IMG/VR virus record: IMGVR_UViG_3300034072_002082
DNA from: an uncultured virus (IMG/VR IMGVR_UViG_3300034072_002082)
Taxonomy: Duplodnaviria > Heunggongvirae > Uroviricota > Caudoviricetes
DNA length: 64,000 nt
Direction: 5' to 3' (one strand)
Position numbers and translations under genes: made by a program. This document shows, piece after piece, positions 1-9,971 of the stretch. The first letter of the stretch is position 1; each line of letters opens with the position of its first letter. The notes below the pieces were generated by a model, which ran no database searches, was not told the origin of the DNA, and saw nothing but the letters and a program-made list of their open reading frames with translations.

Positions 1-107
1 TGTCGAACGTCCAATATCGCCTTATCAGGTCTCGACGGTCAATAATGCCGATGAGAACGTTGGACATGGCGCTCAGCGAATTTGATGATCGTGAAACGCC
101 GTTTCGC

Positions 108-1406
108 TTACATCAACAGGTTTGATGTACACAGACGATCATCAAAGTCAGATCCTGACCTCTCGGGGGCAGGCGCTCGCAGCCGCGCCGCGCGCGCCGC
201 GGTGCGATAGTCGACGATTGGCGAGGGCCCGCGATAGGCAGGATGCCGCCAGGGCTCGATGGCAAACGCCTCAGGTAGCGCGGCAACGTGGGGCAGCCAT
301 CGCCGCACGTAGGCACCATCAGGGTCAAGCTCCTGCGCCTGCTTGACGGGGTTCACCACGCGCGGGCCACGACCTTGCGCCATCCCGGCCTGCAGGCCGA
401 TCTGTGGCCAGTGGATGCCTGGGCAATAGTCGTCGAACAGCGCCCCCAAGGCGACGCCGACCTTGTGCATGTCGAGGTCGAGCAGATCGAGGGCAAACGA
501 GCTCAACACCTGCCGAAGCCTGAAGTTGATCCAGCCGGTCGCGGCAAGGTCGCGCATCGCGGCGTCAACGAGCGGGTAGCCGGTTTCCCCGGCGAGCCAG
601 GCCTTCATTCGCAGGGCGTCATCAGGTCGCTCTTCGCGCACTGGCGCCCATGGGAATGCATCGACGCTGTCCTCCAGCGTCTGGATGAAGCCCTGGCGCC
701 ATTGGAAGCGGGCAAGGAATTGGCGATAGGCCGAGGCGTGGTGCGGCTGACCGTCGCGCAGGGCCGCTTCAGTCGTATGGATCGCACGATCCCCGCTGAG
801 CGCCCCACAGGCGATGTCGATCGATAGCCGGCTGCTGGCGCGTGCATCGGGCCCGGGCAGCCACATGTCGCGCCGGTAGCGGGAGAATGGCAAGCGCTTG
901 AGATAGGCATCGAGGCTGGCAAGCGCGGCTGGCTTGCGAGTAAAGCGGATTGGAGCGAGATCGGCCGCACTGGTGATGAAGGGGGCTGGCGTGCGGCGCG
1001 CACTGTGTCCGCGGCGGATGCCATCGGTAGCCATCTCCACGAAGCGGATGCCGGCGGCGCGAAGCTGGCGGGCCACACGGCGGTCATTGGCAAAGCCGAT
1101 GTCATCGCTGATCTCGATGTTTGCGAGCACGCGCGAGGCACCAAGCCTTACCGCCAGCGGGACGATCGTCTCGGTGTCCCTGGCATCAACGAAGGTGATG
1201 CCCGCATGCGCAAGGAAGGGCTGCATTGCCTCGACATGCTCTTTCTCGATAGCGATCCGGCGTGCAGTTGGGGGAACGTGTCCCAACGTGCCGTCCTTGG
1301 CCCGCACAACGACGATATCCCCGGCAGGCGTGTCACGCAGGGCCATGGAGAGCGCGCGGCTGTCGATCAGGCGCAAGTCGTTCTTTAGCCAGACAATGGT
1401 CTTCAC
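108..1406 (-). CDS. DNA photolyase/cryptochrome family protein (FAD-binding)
   Basis: N-terminal IVWLKNDLRLID and C-terminal W..GETGYPLVDAAMR.L..TGWINFRLRQ and NP.KQ..ELDPDG.YVRRWLP motifs. GTG at 1406 chosen as start; the longer ORF overlaps the next gene. Confidence 0.9.
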   Translation of the reverse strand: MKTIVWLKNDLRLIDSRALSMALRDTPAGDIVVVRAKDGTLGHVPPTARRIAIEKEHVEAMQPFLAHAGITFVDARDTETIVPLAVRLGASRVLANIEISDDIGFANDRRVARQLRAAGIRFVEMATDGIRRGHSARRTPAPFITSAADLAPIRFTRKPAALASLDAYLKRLPFSRYRRDMWLPGPDARASSRLSIDIACGALSGDRAIHTTEAALRDGQPHHASAYRQFLARFQWRQGFIQTLEDSVDAFPWAPVREERPDDALRMKAWLAGETGYPLVDAAMRDLAATGWINFRLRQVLSSFALDLLDLDMHKVGVALGALFDDYCPGIHWPQIGLQAGMAQGRGPRVVNPVKQAQELDPDGAYVRRWLPHVAALPEAFAIEPWRHPAYRGPSPIVDYRTAARAARLRAPAPERSGSDFDDRLCTSNLLM

Positions 1407-1548
1407 CGGGGCGCCCTTTCTAATCTTGAACCTTGGACTCCGGTCCGACTTCCCACCAGCCGCACCTTGGGGCGGCGTCATCCCCCATGAGAAAGCCCCG
1501 CGCCGGAGGTCCGGGCGGGGCTTTGATAAACGCTCAAGGTGCAGCAGA

Positions 1549-2112
1549 TCAGGCAGGCGTTGCTTGCTCTGCACAGTAGAGCCGGTAGCGCCGGGCAACC
1601 GTGTAGCCGACGAGGAACAGGCCGCCGAGCGCGCCGCTGACGTAGCTTGCCATGTGGGCGTATGAGTTGAACGTAAACGGCGCCCACATCTCCCTGTCGA
1701 TGCAGCAGCCCCAGCCATTGGTAGGCTCGCCGCCACCATTGGTGATGGAGAGATAGCCAAAGACACCCGAGACCATGGCAATGACGTAGCTCGTGGCCAT
1801 GAGCAGCAGGACCGAGCGGCGGATGTCGACGAGGCGAAGCTTCGGCATCGGTCCGTACTGGGCCGCCACCGCCATGAGGATGCCAAGGGGCAAGCCCACC
1901 CACCAGGTCGCAACCGTGCCCCAGCCGATCGCCAGCAGGATAGGCGAGGTCGTGTCGAACATCGGCGGATGCGCGATGGTGAAGTACTCGACGTTCATGT
2001 GCGCGGTGACGAGGTCGTGCAGAATGCCATAGGCGATGGCCGCCAGGGTCGAGAACCCGATGATGTTGGGGATCTCGAGGTTCTGGTTGAGACGGGTAAG
2101 CAGAGTGCTCAT
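1549..2112 (-). CDS. hypothetical integral membrane protein
   Basis: Four hydrophobic segments; start overlaps the stop of the upstream gene. Confidence 0.7.
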   Translation of the reverse strand: MSTLLTRLNQNLEIPNIIGFSTLAAIAYGILHDLVTAHMNVEYFTIAHPPMFDTTSPILLAIGWGTVATWWVGLPLGILMAVAAQYGPMPKLRLVDIRRSVLLLMATSYVIAMVSGVFGYLSITNGGGEPTNGWGCCIDREMWAPFTFNSYAHMASYVSGALGGLFLVGYTVARRYRLYCAEQATPA

Positions 2113-2729
2113 TGGATGGCGGCTTTCAGGTTGGTGCGGGCTTGCGCGTCCCAGCGCTGTCTGGCCCATGGGGTGAAATAGACGTGCTCGCGCTCGTAGA
2201 AGCCCTTCAGGACTTCGCGACGCTTCTCGCGATAGAGCTTCTCAGGCACGTGCCAGTACTCGCGGCGGATCGCGGCGTCATATTCGGCAAAGCGCTCGGG
2301 CGTAGCGCCGAGAATGGCAAGATCGCAGTCGAGGAGCAGCGGGGCGTCAGGCGAGAGCTTGGCGTCTGGCGGCTGGTGGCTGATTGTGGCGAGGATCGCC
2401 TCGCAGGCCCGATTGATGCTGAAGGGATGGACCAGGGTGGTCAGGGCGAACTTGCACATCTGCGCCGACGACTTCTCGTTCGAAGTGTGGGGTGCCTGCG
2501 TGATGTAGATCGCGTCATGCCAGTAGACGAAGACGGCCGCCGCCAGACCATCTGCAATCGGCACACCCTCGGCCTCGGCCGCCAACAGATGTTCCTTCAT
2601 TTCGGTGATGTGGAGCAGGTTGTGATATTGCCGCTGAGGACCAAGGTAGTGCTTGAGCACGTCCTTCCCGGCATCGCTCTGGTCTAGCCACGCGAAGGCT
2701 TTGGCACAGGACATTGGTTCACTTAGCAT
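2109..2729 (-). CDS. HD-superfamily metal-dependent phosphohydrolase (COG4339-like)
   Basis: RQYHNLLHI, WHDAIY, NEKSSA, LLDCDLAILG and IRREY motifs. Confidence 0.85.
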   Translation of the reverse strand: MLSEPMSCAKAFAWLDQSDAGKDVLKHYLGPQRQYHNLLHITEMKEHLLAAEAEGVPIADGLAAAVFVYWHDAIYITQAPHTSNEKSSAQMCKFALTTLVHPFSINRACEAILATISHQPPDAKLSPDAPLLLDCDLAILGATPERFAEYDAAIRREYWHVPEKLYREKRREVLKGFYEREHVYFTPWARQRWDAQARTNLKAAIQ

Positions 2730-2831
2730 CAGTCCGACCCTCATTATCGGAGCGCGTCTGCGCTCGCGGTCATATCAGCATTCATCCTTTAGGAATCACG
2801 CCTTTTCTCAACGCCACGCTGCATTGTCAGC

Positions 2832-2864
2832 AAAACACCCCGCTCCGGTGACCGGGCGGGGTGT
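2832..2864 (-). terminator. intrinsic terminator
   Basis: GC-rich stem ACACCCCGC...GCGGGGTGT with an A-tract on + (U-tract on the minus transcript). Confidence 0.75.
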
Positions 2865-2884
2865 CGTGACGAACTGGCGAGAGT

Positions 2885-3091
2885 TCAGATGTGGTTGTGG
2901 TGCTCGACGAAGCCTGCGGCTTCCATGCAAGCCTGGACGAGCGCCGGGTCCTTGTGGACGATCTGCGAGGCTGCCTGACCCTGACGCGCTGCAGCTTGGC
3001 GGGCGATGGCAATGCGGCGGGCGATTGCGAACTGGCGCGGCGTGCGGTTGCGGACGGTCGAAGCGGTGTTGGTGCGTGCTGCCTGTGCCAT
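2885..3091 (-). CDS. small basic hypothetical protein (RQFAIARRIA motif)
   Basis: GAGGAAAAT RBS; followed by a terminator. Confidence 0.65.
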   Translation of the reverse strand: MAQAARTNTASTVRNRTPRQFAIARRIAIARQAAARQGQAASQIVHKDPALVQACMEAAGFVEHHNHI

Positions 3092-3223
3092 AATCGATTT
3101 TCCTCTAATTGAACTTGGTTCGACATGCGTGCTGGTCGATAGGGTGTGGGCGTCCCACCGGCGCCTTCAGGCGGCGTGCCTTGCGTGAGCAGGCTGTCAC
3201 CGCCCTGTGGGCGCTTCAGGGTC

Positions 3224-3778
3224 TCAGGCGGCCTCGCGCCGGGCTGCGGTGGCCCCGCCGTTGACCTTGGAGGCACGGACCCAGACGATACGGGTCTCGG
3301 TGCGTCCCTTGCCGCAGCGCTGCGTGCGGAAGTAACCCTTGCGGTCGTGGCCCTCGACCTTGCGGCCGGTGGCTTCAGCCTGGCGCTCGGCGTCGCTGCG
3401 CTCGACGACATCAGTCGCAGTGACGATCTCGCCGCCCACGGCGCCGGTCTTGCGATCGACGATCCGCTCACGGTGCGCGATGAGCGTGATGGCCGTGTTC
3501 ACATCGAGGAGATCGCGAGCGAGGGTGTAGGTCTCGCCGTGGATCATGACGGTGCGGACCTGCACCTTGTTGTCGATGATGACCTGGCCGCGGCTGTAGG
3601 CATAGGGGCGGCCGAGCTTGTCCACGCGGTGGTCGACGTCTGCTGGCACGACGACGATCCGCATGTCCGGGCCGATGCGGAAATTGCGGCGTGGCTTGCG
3701 GCTACGGTCCGGGCGAGCACCCTGGTTGGCGCGGGCAGTCGATGCAGGCTTAAGCTTGGCGCGATTGGTCAAAGCCAT
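3224..3778 (-). CDS. OB-fold/SSB-like protein with basic C-terminal extension
   Basis: GRPYAYSRG...VRTVMIHG motif shared with the small OB-like paralogs; C-terminal GHDRKGYFR..RCGKGR..IVWVR; ends EAA. Confidence 0.6.
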   Translation of the reverse strand: MALTNRAKLKPASTARANQGARPDRSRKPRRNFRIGPDMRIVVVPADVDHRVDKLGRPYAYSRGQVIIDNKVQVRTVMIHGETYTLARDLLDVNTAITLIAHRERIVDRKTGAVGGEIVTATDVVERSDAERQAEATGRKVEGHDRKGYFRTQRCGKGRTETRIVWVRASKVNGGATAARREAA

Positions 3779-3863
3779 CTGATTTCGTCCTATGAATCTG
3801 GTATTGCGAGAAGGGACGAAGAACCGGCAGCACCCGGTTACCCGGGTGCTGAATACTTGCTCC

Positions 3864-4250
3864 TCAAAGGGTGATGGGGAGGAAGCGCCACTGGAACCCC
3901 TCCTTGAGCTCGCCGCCGGCCCAGATGGAGTCGATGACGTAGTGGCCGGAGGCATTGGGCTCGCCCCAGCTCAGGACCTTGACGCGCTCGATGTCGGCTT
4001 CGATCTCGTGACGCATATCGCGGGATAAGATGCCGAGGTCGCAGGACAGGTTGTCCGCTTCCATCTTGCGGACGTAGTTGAGCGCTCCCAGCATGTTGTT
4101 GGTGAAGATCTCGTCTTCGCCCTGGCCAGGTTCAATGACATCGAGGTCGATGGGCTCGACGGCCAACGTATCGGCATCACCAAAATTGGTGATTGTGCGG
4201 ACAACCACGAGCACGCCGGCGAGGGCAGGGTTGAGCAGGGCGTCGGACAT
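3864..4250 (-). CDS. hypothetical protein
   Basis: ORF with AGGAAAT RBS, acidic composition. Confidence 0.65.
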   Translation of the reverse strand: MSDALLNPALAGVLVVVRTITNFGDADTLAVEPIDLDVIEPGQGEDEIFTNNMLGALNYVRKMEADNLSCDLGILSRDMRHEIEADIERVKVLSWGEPNASGHYVIDSIWAGGELKEGFQWRFLPITL

Positions 4251-4414
4251 CGCATTTCCTTCCATCATCATCTTCAATGGAAGCTGGCTCGAAACGCGCC
4301 ACTGCGGACGCCCTGTCTATTTGTAGGGCACTTTAGCCTCGGCGCTGGGCCGAGCGCCGCAAAACACCCCGCGTCGGCGGGCCGGCGCGGGGTGATGTGT
4401 TTTGAAACCGAAGC

Positions 4415-4810
4415 TCAATTGCTGAGGACAGCGGCCCTTTGGGCAGGGGTTGCCACGGTGACTTCCGTGGCGACCGTCAGGTCCATGAGATGGCGGCTGG
4501 TGCCATGCGAGCGGATGCGCTTGCGCCGGGCAGTGACGACGACAGCGTCATGGCTGGCAAGCAGAGCGCAGAGCTGCTCGTAGAGGTCGCCAAGCACCAT
4601 GATACCACCGGTGAAGTGGCCGAGGCGGTCACCGTAGACTTGGCGACCGCGCCCAAAGGCATAGGGCTGCGTGCGGCTGAGCAGGAGATGGTCGAAGTCG
4701 CGTGCGGCGATAACGAACTGGCGCGATGGGCCAATGTGCTCGTTCTCGTTTACGGCTGGCGAAACCGCAGGGGCGGTGCGGCGGAACGTGTTGAGGCTGA
4801 GGAACGCCAT
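4415..4810 (-). CDS. hypothetical protein, possible divergent OB-fold
   Basis: TQPYAFGRG...IMVLG...VVVTARRKR resembles 3224..3778; AGGAAAT RBS. Confidence 0.55.
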   Translation of the reverse strand: MAFLSLNTFRRTAPAVSPAVNENEHIGPSRQFVIAARDFDHLLLSRTQPYAFGRGRQVYGDRLGHFTGGIMVLGDLYEQLCALLASHDAVVVTARRKRIRSHGTSRHLMDLTVATEVTVATPAQRAAVLSN

Positions 4811-4853
4811 ATTTCCTATCTCCCAAATGGATCGATGGGAGAGGAAGGCGATC

Positions 4854-4915
4854 TGTCCGGCTTGCCCGGACAAACTTTTTGTCCGTTGTCCGGACTATTT
4901 GTCCGGTTTGTCCGG
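4854..4915. repeat. cluster of (T)TGTCCG(G) short repeats
   Basis: Copies at 4854, 4879, 4886, 4899 and 4908, plus an inverted copy at 4866. Confidence 0.8.
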
Positions 4916-4936
4916 CGAGGGCCGCTAAGCGCGCCC

Positions 4937-5500
4937 TCAGCCCCCGTAGAGCACGCGCCGGCGGGCGTTAATGCGCATCGTGCCAAGGATGATCTTGGCG
5001 GCGAAATAGCGCAGATAGGCAAGGGTCAAACCGCCCGCAAAGCCTGCAATGCCAGAGGCAATGGCTACGCCTGGCCTCTGCGCGTAGAGGTAGGCAGCAA
5101 CGAAGATAAGCGCCGCGAAGATCAGGTACGGTTTGCGGCTGCCGACGGCATAGGGATTGGTCCCGTGAAAGATGATGCTGGCGGTGCGGCGGTGAAACAG
5201 GTCGACGCTTTTGCGGCCAGCCAGCCGGTGCTCGAACACGTAAACGGCTTCGCCGGGGGCTGGTGATCGCCGCATACGGAAGCTGTCGAAGGGCATGCCA
5301 TCAATCGCCACATGGGCGACGTCGATCTCGATCTTGTCAGTGCGCGATTTGGTGACCAAGCGCGAGCTTCGGCTCAGCAGCTGGTCGTAGCCATCGCGGG
5401 TCTCAGTGATCCGCTCACCAACGATTTCGTCGTGACGAATGTGGTGATAGCCGATCGTCACCTCGGTGATAACGGCTTCAACAATCTTGGTGGAGAACAT
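4937..5500 (-). CDS. hypothetical membrane protein
   Basis: Two C-terminal hydrophobic helices. Confidence 0.65.
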   Translation of the reverse strand: MFSTKIVEAVITEVTIGYHHIRHDEIVGERITETRDGYDQLLSRSSRLVTKSRTDKIEIDVAHVAIDGMPFDSFRMRRSPAPGEAVYVFEHRLAGRKSVDLFHRRTASIIFHGTNPYAVGSRKPYLIFAALIFVAAYLYAQRPGVAIASGIAGFAGGLTLAYLRYFAAKIILGTMRINARRRVLYGG

Positions 5501-5657
5501 CCCTGGCGCCCTCTTTGCTTATCGCGGGGTTGTCTGGCTGGTGTGCCTTGCACGCTGATTGGCTGCAGCGCCGTTAACACGGCATTGCGCATCGTGCGAT
5601 GGCCGATCGTGTGGCAGCAAAAGCCCGCCGCGGCTTATGGCCGGGCGGGCGCTGCGA

Positions 5658-6005
5658 TCAGTCTTCGAAGCCGCAGAATAGATCCTGGCCAAGCAGGATC
5701 ACATCCTTCTGCTCGCCCTTTGCGAAGACGGTCAGGCGCGCTGCAAAGCAGGTGCCGTCGTGATCGTCGAAGGAAGCCCTGAGGGCTTCGATCTTCTCGT
5801 CGAGTTCGGCGAGGGTCGCGAAGCTGGCAAACGAGACGTCTCGGAAGCGCAGTTCGTCGACGACATTGCCGGGCAGCGGGTCCATGACAGCGTAGCGCTG
5901 GTCTCCGCCCTGGTTCGAGGTCTCGATCAGCATTGACGGTCCGTGGACCGTGCTCAGGGTGGCGACGAGGACTTCGAGGCTGGCAGCGCGAAGGGTCATG
6001 GTCAT
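5658..6005 (-). CDS. hypothetical protein
   Basis: GAGGAAATG start context; downstream terminator near 5620-5650. Confidence 0.6.
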   Translation of the reverse strand: MTMTLRAASLEVLVATLSTVHGPSMLIETSNQGGDQRYAVMDPLPGNVVDELRFRDVSFASFATLAELDEKIEALRASFDDHDGTCFAARLTVFAKGEQKDVILLGQDLFCGFED

Positions 6006-6093
6006 TTCCTCTATCTCAATTTGATCGCAGCCATCTTGGGGGCGCGTAGGATAGAGGGCGAAGGCCCCGGGCCGGCGGATGCCGGGACGCAGG

Positions 6094-6480
6094 TCAGTAG
6101 GGCGCGCAGGTGCCCGTCCGCTCCACCGGATTACCGTCCAATTCGACACCAGAGCGCTTGAAACGGTGTGAGCCCGTCTTCTCGATGATGGTGACGACGA
6201 CTGACTGGATCACCTTGCCATCATCGTGGACCACGCCGACATCGCTCTCGACGAAGACGACAGCCTTGGCATCGTTCTGGACGATGGTGTGTTCGCCGGT
6301 GAACTCGTCATCGACGCGCGTGCGATAGACACCGAAGTAGCCGGTCACGGTTTCGTGCGAGGTGAAAGACTCAAATCGGCATGCCCACTTCTGCTGGGCG
6401 CCATCGAAAGTCGGGATCGGTTCTGCAGGTGGCAGGTCACTTGCCCCGGCGGCGAGGGCCAGAGCGATGAAAACGGACAT
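6094..6480 (-). CDS. putative exported protein
   Basis: N-terminal hydrophobic signal-like segment; AAGGAG RBS. Confidence 0.65.
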   Translation of the reverse strand: MSVFIALALAAGASDLPPAEPIPTFDGAQQKWACRFESFTSHETVTGYFGVYRTRVDDEFTGEHTIVQNDAKAVVFVESDVGVVHDDGKVIQSVVVTIIEKTGSHRFKRSGVELDGNPVERTGTCAPY

Positions 6481-6563
6481 AGTATCTCCTTGCGTCCCGA
6501 CATGCCGTTACCGGCAGATAGGACGTTGTAAAGACTGAACTTTCAGTCGGTCGTTCGTGACAG

Positions 6564-7319
6564 TCAGAGCGGAAGCAAGGACCGGATCGCGGTCTTGAAG
6601 AACGCTTCCAGCTCCTTGTGGGCCCGATCATTGAGGGAGAAGTATTCAGCCTCCCCATCAGGGGTCTGACCCTTCGTGCGATTGATGTAGCTCTCTTCCA
6701 GCGTCTTGATCCACGAGCGCGCAATGTGAGCCGGGAAGCGGGTCATTGCCAGCAGGTCGTGCTCGGTCGACAACCGCCCCTCGGTTTCGGCGATGTAGAG
6801 CCCCAGCATCATGTCAAATGCTGGCTCACCAAGGGTGTCGAACTGGCTGACGTGCTGCCGGGCATTGCGCATGGCGATGATCGTCCGCGCAGTGTCCTCC
6901 ATGCTCATCGCCTCGGTGATCACGCTCAGAGCGTGTTGCAGCGCGCGCTGCTTGCGCTGCTGCCGGCGGGCGAGGCGGAGCATCTGCTCCTGCACCTTGG
7001 TGTCGACAGATGCGGTGGGCGTCTTGATCTCCTGGGTCACGCGACTGTCGCCATCGGCACCCAGCCTTTCGCGATCGACCTTGGTCGCAGCCGCAGAATC
7101 TATGGCCAGCACCACGACGGTGGCAACCAGCGCACCGGTCTCGTCGGTGACCTCGACACGGACATCACTGTCCGCCCAAAGCCGCTTGGGATCACTTGCA
7201 ATAATCTCGGCGATGAATTGGACCGCATAAGCGCGAGCGCCTGCAAGGTCTTCCATCTCAGAACCATCGATATCGATATCTCGCGTGCCATCGGCGACGT
7301 CGAAGTAAAATCGTGGCAT
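6564..7319 (-). CDS. DUF6894-like domain fused to winged-helix DNA-binding domain
   Basis: N-terminal MPRFYFD...DIDG.E..DL..AR..A...VEVTDETG; C-terminal GEPAFDMMLGLY...RSWIKTLE wHTH-like region. Confidence 0.65.
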   Translation of the reverse strand: MPRFYFDVADGTRDIDIDGSEMEDLAGARAYAVQFIAEIIASDPKRLWADSDVRVEVTDETGALVATVVVLAIDSAAATKVDRERLGADGDSRVTQEIKTPTASVDTKVQEQMLRLARRQQRKQRALQHALSVITEAMSMEDTARTIIAMRNARQHVSQFDTLGEPAFDMMLGLYIAETEGRLSTEHDLLAMTRFPAHIARSWIKTLEESYINRTKGQTPDGEAEYFSLNDRAHKELEAFFKTAIRSLLPL

Positions 7320-7656
7320 TTACATCTCCATCAACGTGTCTCGTCGACACGAAGATCCGCAAAGGCCCGAGATCAAGGATCCGGCCTTAGCTTACACAGT
7401 CATTATTGAACAATAACGCGTAACTCGCGCTAGTAGTCAAATTGCGTCACTGGCTGTGTTGTTTTGAAACATCAATACCCGCGCGGATTCTATCCACGCG
7501 GGCCTGAAATGTGATTGTAATCACTTGACAAAACGGTCTCACCAAAATGGAAGCAGTTCATTTTGTCACACAAGGGTTCAATTCGTTTTGACATTTCTGT
7601 TAATTACCCTGCCTAACGTATGTCGAAACGTTGCCGCAGGGTACTAGCCGGTTGCT

Positions 7657-8226
7657 TTAGCGCCGGTATCCGGTCTTGGGGTCGATCTCAACCCCATAGA
7701 TGGGATCGAACGTCTTGCCCAAGGTGGGACGAGCAGGGGTCCGCATGGCAAGCTGGCGCATAGGCGCTGCTGCAGGAGCCGGGGCGCGAAGCAGATCGGC
7801 GTGCATCTGGCGAATTCGGCCGCAGGAGGCTTCGTCGCCGGCGGTGCAGGCATTGAGCATGGCATTCATCAGGCGGGTGTCGGCAAGAGCAGTGCGGCGT
7901 GCGCATGATGCCTGGTCACCAGCCGCGCAGGCAGCCCCGACCGAGCGGGCGATGTTCTGCTGGCGCACGAAGTCGCTGCGAATGCGAGCGAACTCCTGGC
8001 GGCGAGCATAGTCGCGATCGCGACGGATCATGTCCGCCTGGCGGGTGATGCTGTTCACGCGACCGACCTGGCAAGTGAGGGCGTTGATCCCCGTGCCGCA
8101 GTTGCGGTTCAGCACGCTGTTGGTGCCGGTGACAGTGCGCAGCAGGGTATCGATGCCCTGTGCAGAAGCGAGCTTGGGGAATGCAAGGCAGCTCAGGAGA
8201 GCGACGAGGAGGGCAAACTTGCGCAT
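7657..8226 (-). CDS. putative exported Cys-containing protein
   Basis: Signal peptide; repeated AC.AGD.ASC motif. Confidence 0.7.
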   Translation of the reverse strand: MRKFALLVALLSCLAFPKLASAQGIDTLLRTVTGTNSVLNRNCGTGINALTCQVGRVNSITRQADMIRRDRDYARRQEFARIRSDFVRQQNIARSVGAACAAGDQASCARRTALADTRLMNAMLNACTAGDEASCGRIRQMHADLLRAPAPAAAPMRQLAMRTPARPTLGKTFDPIYGVEIDPKTGYRR

Positions 8227-8344
8227 AGTGATTTCCTCTCAAGCAACTGGATCACTGGACATCCATCCCGAGGCGCTACGCGCGATCGATCAGCCATGCC
8301 GGCAGGACAGGCTGTGCTGGTGCGGCTACCTGCACAGGGGACGA

Positions 8345-8623
8345 CTATTGGTACTTGAGCTGCGCCTCAGGTCCGTCCGGGAAGAACGGCGTGAAAGCCG
8401 GCTGGCGCGAAGGGTCACGCACCGGAACATGGCGGCGGTCGAGTTCGATCGCACAGGTCTGGCGGGCCGCGGAGCGCTGTTCGCGGGCGCCTTCGTCGAT
8501 GTCGAGGAAATCGAGGTGAAAGCGCTCGATAGCCCAGAAGAGCTGATCGACAGTAGCGGTCTTGGCATAGGCGGCCACGTCGTAGGCCTTACCCAGCGTT
8601 ATCTGCTTTGACAGCTCGTCCAT
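8345..8623 (-). CDS. hypothetical protein
   Basis: GGAGG RBS before MDELSKQ. Confidence 0.6.
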   Translation of the reverse strand: MDELSKQITLGKAYDVAAYAKTATVDQLFWAIERFHLDFLDIDEGAREQRSAARQTCAIELDRRHVPVRDPSRQPAFTPFFPDGPEAQLKYQ

Positions 8624-8679
8624 TTCTTGCCTCCATCTGATGACAGTGAAGGAGGATAGAAGAGCTTGTTGGATCGGGG

Positions 8680-8994
8680 TCAGCGCGGCTGCGCTGTTCC
8701 GTCCCAGACCAGTGCGACGTTTTCGGGCACGGTCGGCAGGTTGTGGGCGAGAGATTGGATTGCCGCCCACTCGATACCTGCCCACTCGTCAGCCATGGCG
8801 TTGTAACGATCTAGGCTGGCCACGTTCTCGCCCCAGCTTTGCGCAGGATCGATTTCGTGGAAGTCGCAGTATCGCGCGGCGGCGGCGAGGGCTCGGCGCT
8901 GATCTTCTTCGCTGCCCTGCCGCTGGCCCTGCCATTGGAATGAAAAGGTCATGCCGGCAGTATTGGGGCCCATTGCGTCACGCACAAGCCCCAA
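8680..8994 (-). CDS. hypothetical protein
   Basis: ORF filling the gap below the terminator; start uncertain. Confidence 0.45.
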   Translation of the reverse strand: MGLVRDAMGPNTAGMTFSFQWQGQRQGSEEDQRRALAAAARYCDFHEIDPAQSWGENVASLDRYNAMADEWAGIEWAAIQSLAHNLPTVPENVALVWDGTAQPR

Positions 8995-9000
8995 GAACGA

Positions 9001-9036
9001 AACAAACCCCGCCCGGCAGCCGCCGGACGGGGTTTG
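9001..9036 (-). terminator. intrinsic terminator after OB-like gene
   Basis: CAAACCCCG...CGGGGTTTG stem with A-rich flank on +. Confidence 0.75.
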
Positions 9037-9060
9037 AATATGCTGCTTGCCGTCTAGGGC

Positions 9061-9342
9061 TTATGCAGCTGCGGCCTCTGCCGGCGCGGGTTCGCGCGCG
9101 GGGCCGATGATGCGTGCCGTGTTCTTGCCGTCCCACACCGCGGTCACGGTGATCTTCGAGCCCTCGACGATCATGTCTTCGACGGTCTGAAGCACCGGCG
9201 AGAAGGCCATCACGGTGATCTCCTTGTCGCCCTTCTTGAAGTGGGCGGTCGCCTTCTGCGACTTGGCGAAAGGCTGACCTTCGTTCTTGCCCTTGGACAC
9301 GATGCCGTTGTGGATGGCTGCGAGGGTCACGGTGAGCTGCAT
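9061..9342 (-). CDS. small OB-fold/SSB-like protein (paralog A)
   Basis: GQPF...ITVMAF...EGSKITV pattern; AAGGA RBS; ends AEAAAA. Confidence 0.75.
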   Translation of the reverse strand: MQLTVTLAAIHNGIVSKGKNEGQPFAKSQKATAHFKKGDKEITVMAFSPVLQTVEDMIVEGSKITVTAVWDGKNTARIIGPAREPAPAEAAAA

Positions 9343-9460
9343 CTTGAATTCCTTGTGTTGATTTTCATCTCGCTGATCGAGATCGACCCTCCTTCCTGAT
9401 CGAATGCGGGGGTTCGGGCCGAAGGGGCCCGTCAGCGCCTGAAGCGAAAGCGTAGCGCTG
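9343..9460 (-). promoter_or_regulatory. conserved structured leader A
   Basis: mRNA-sense GGGCCCCTTCGGCCC-GAACCCCCGC...ATCTCG/CGAGAT hairpin...GAAAAT...AAGGA; homologous to 11956-12070 and 28524-28625. Confidence 0.75.
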
Positions 9461-9585
9461 CGGATCTCACCGTGGTGGCCGGCTGGTGCCGGCGGTCTGA
9501 ATTTGCGTCAGACATCGTCGGCGGAAACGAGAAACGCCCGCTCCCTGTGTGGGAAGCGGGCGCGACAGATCCTTGGGGTCAAGGG

Positions 9586-9819
9586 TCAGTTCGAGAGAAG
9601 GTCGACCATCTCGTCGACCTCGTGGCGAAGCGTCGCTTCGTCGATGCCGTAGTGGTCGCTCAGGCGCGAGATGCGCGCGTCCACGTCTTCGCCTTCGAGC
9701 ATGTCGGATGCGACCTGGCGCAGAGCTGCGAGGTAAACGTCGTGAGGGTTCGGGACGGCTTCAACAGGCGCGCGGAAGTGCTTGGCAAGTGCGATGGCGA
9801 GCTGGTGCATGGTTTTCAT
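9586..9819 (-). CDS. hypothetical protein
   Basis: 77-aa ORF followed by a terminator at about 9532-9562. Confidence 0.6.
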   Translation of the reverse strand: MKTMHQLAIALAKHFRAPVEAVPNPHDVYLAALRQVASDMLEGEDVDARISRLSDHYGIDEATLRHEVDEMVDLLSN

Positions 9820-9971
9820 CCCTATTTGTGAATTTGGTCAGGGATGACCCAGCTTCGGTGGGGTCTGGGGCCGCTACGGCACCAGTAGAAAAGCGGCTGC
9901 CACCATAGTGGTCGGTCGCTGGATTGCAGGACAATAGGAGTTGTTCTGCACTAGGGTGAACAGGACCGGGT

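Noticed and set aside
1407..1913. N-terminal 169-aa extension of the photolyase ORF in the ORF track
   Set aside because: It overlaps the membrane-protein gene in another frame; the photolyase motif begins at the GTG at 1406.
7510..7530. CRP/FNR-like TGTGA-N6-TCACT and adjacent TTGACA
   Set aside because: No properly spaced -10 or + strand gene downstream; a single imperfect site is not enough to call.
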